From Vicugna vicugna (Eukaryota): a stretch of DNA of 64,000 nt. The position numbers and the translations under genes were made by a program. This document shows positions 63,003 to 64,000 of the stretch, one piece after another (position 1 is the first letter of the stretch; the number at the start of each line of letters is the position of its first letter). The stretch lies in NCBI GenBank assembly GCA_013265495.1, contig MU058667.1, forward strand, positions 248,001 through 312,000, given 5' to 3'. The notes under the pieces were generated by a model. The model had not been told where the DNA came from and did no database searches. It worked only from the letters and a program-made list of their open reading frames with translations.

Positions 63003-64000
63003 AAATCTCTGTCTCTCTAATGGTGTTTAAAAACAATTTAGTATTATTTTAAATGCATACAAAATATGGTATAGTTATCCAAATTTTCTCATGCAGAAAA
63101 TATATTTTGCAAGTAAATTATAATATCAGTGTATAGAAGGGAAAAAATACCAAGCATCAACCTTGTAACATGAAAGATCTGGTGAGAATATAATACTCAA
63201 TTGCAAAAAAGACAAAACAAAACAAAGCTATTTTACAGGTCGTGTTACTTCAGGCTTTTTAAGTGAGACATTCTGAATTATGTTTAGAGGTGCTTGTGGT
63301 AAACATATCTACCTCGTTGCTGGCCCTTTGTGATACTGCGGATGTAGAGGGAAACACTAAGATCCTATTGACAATTTATAAGTTCTGTTCAGGCTGGATT
63401 TAATCTGACTTTATAGGCTTAGTATATTTCACTGACAGTAAAGCATTTAGAACAGAACTTTTGTTTGAGGATTTAGAATATTGGGTTTTTATCTGTGACA
63501 GACTTGAAATAGTGTTACATCAAATACTGTATTTTTGAACACCAAACAGGCTAGATTCTCTTGTGAGGACAGATTGGCTGTGGTTGCCACATATGTGATA
63601 ATACCTTTTTTCTTTCATTTCATTGGGAAAGATTACCTAACAATTAAGTGTCATTCATCTCAAATACAATTTGATATTATGCATACCTATTGCACAGCTT
63701 ACTTTTTATTCTTTCTTTTAAAAGATCTTTAAATGTTAATCTTGATGCCTTTTCTTTAAAAAAATAGCTTGCCCTAGCAGGCCAAAACTGTGAAAAATTT
63801 TCAGTTTTCAGAATGTGTAGTCTTTTGTTCTTTTTATTTCTTTGATAGAGAGATTATAAACTAAGTTCTTAACTGTCAGAATGTAGACAACACAATTCAC
63901 AAGTTAATGGAGCTCTTATAAAGGGATTATGACTTACTTCTTTTTACTAATATCAGATAAAAGGAGGCTTTTTTCTTTGATTTTTCTTAGATGTATTAAT

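Larger units (their letters stand above)
41210..64000 (+). other. TMEM135: Proximal part of the long TMEM135 intron downstream of the exon (intron 6)
   Basis: Starts with GTATGT donor; no sequence found encoding the next peptide (CKDGLKGFTFSALR) in the window. Confidence 0.85.

Noticed and set aside
1..64000. ORF-track ORFs of 60-125 aa as genes or a novel multi-gene system
   Set aside because: Short, often with non-ATG starts, low-complexity or overlapping decayed repeats, and none resembles a protein I recognise apart from L1 remnants. This density is expected by chance in AT-rich intron DNA.
63970..64000. Acceptor-like ttttttctttgatttttcttAG|ATGTATTAAT as the start of the next TMEM135 exon
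   Set aside because: In frame it gives R-C-I-N rather than the expected R-C-K-D, and only 10 nt are visible; a cryptic acceptor cannot be assessed.
1..64000. CRISPR arrays, rRNA, snoRNA/miRNA genes, prokaryotic or viral coding inserts
   Set aside because: No regularly spaced repeat-spacer structure, no recognisable structural RNA and no long coding-like segment seen; a covariance-model search (Infernal/Rfam) would be needed to exclude small RNAs formally.

Overview
AT-rich mammalian genomic DNA, most likely from a camelid (alpaca/llama/camel), judged from two tRNA-Ala(AGC)-derived vic-1-type SINEs and young camelid-type L1 3' ends. The window appears to lie entirely inside TMEM135 (+ strand). 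The only supportable coding segment is a 47-nt internal exon at 41163-41209 encoding VLLFCITAAMYMFFF(R), which I recognise from the human TMEM135 protein (exon 6 by recalled human numbering). About 41 kb of upstream intron and 23 kb of downstream intron flank it. These introns carry the usual eutherian repeats (L1, L2, L3/CR1, MIR, MaLR/ERV LTRs, hAT-Charlie DNA elements, microsatellites). None of the ORFs in the supplied track is a credible gene, and I see no convincing previously undescribed multi-gene system. The best oddities are an orphan TSD-flanked poly(A) retro-insertion, a twin-primed L1 with a 34-bp inverted duplication, a micro-inversion inside an L1 tail, an acceptor-like 3' end on the coding exon, candidate poison or recursive splice sites, and several transcription-factor motif clusters. 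Repeat family names come from visual recall of consensus sequences, not a database search, and boundaries of old repeats are approximate.
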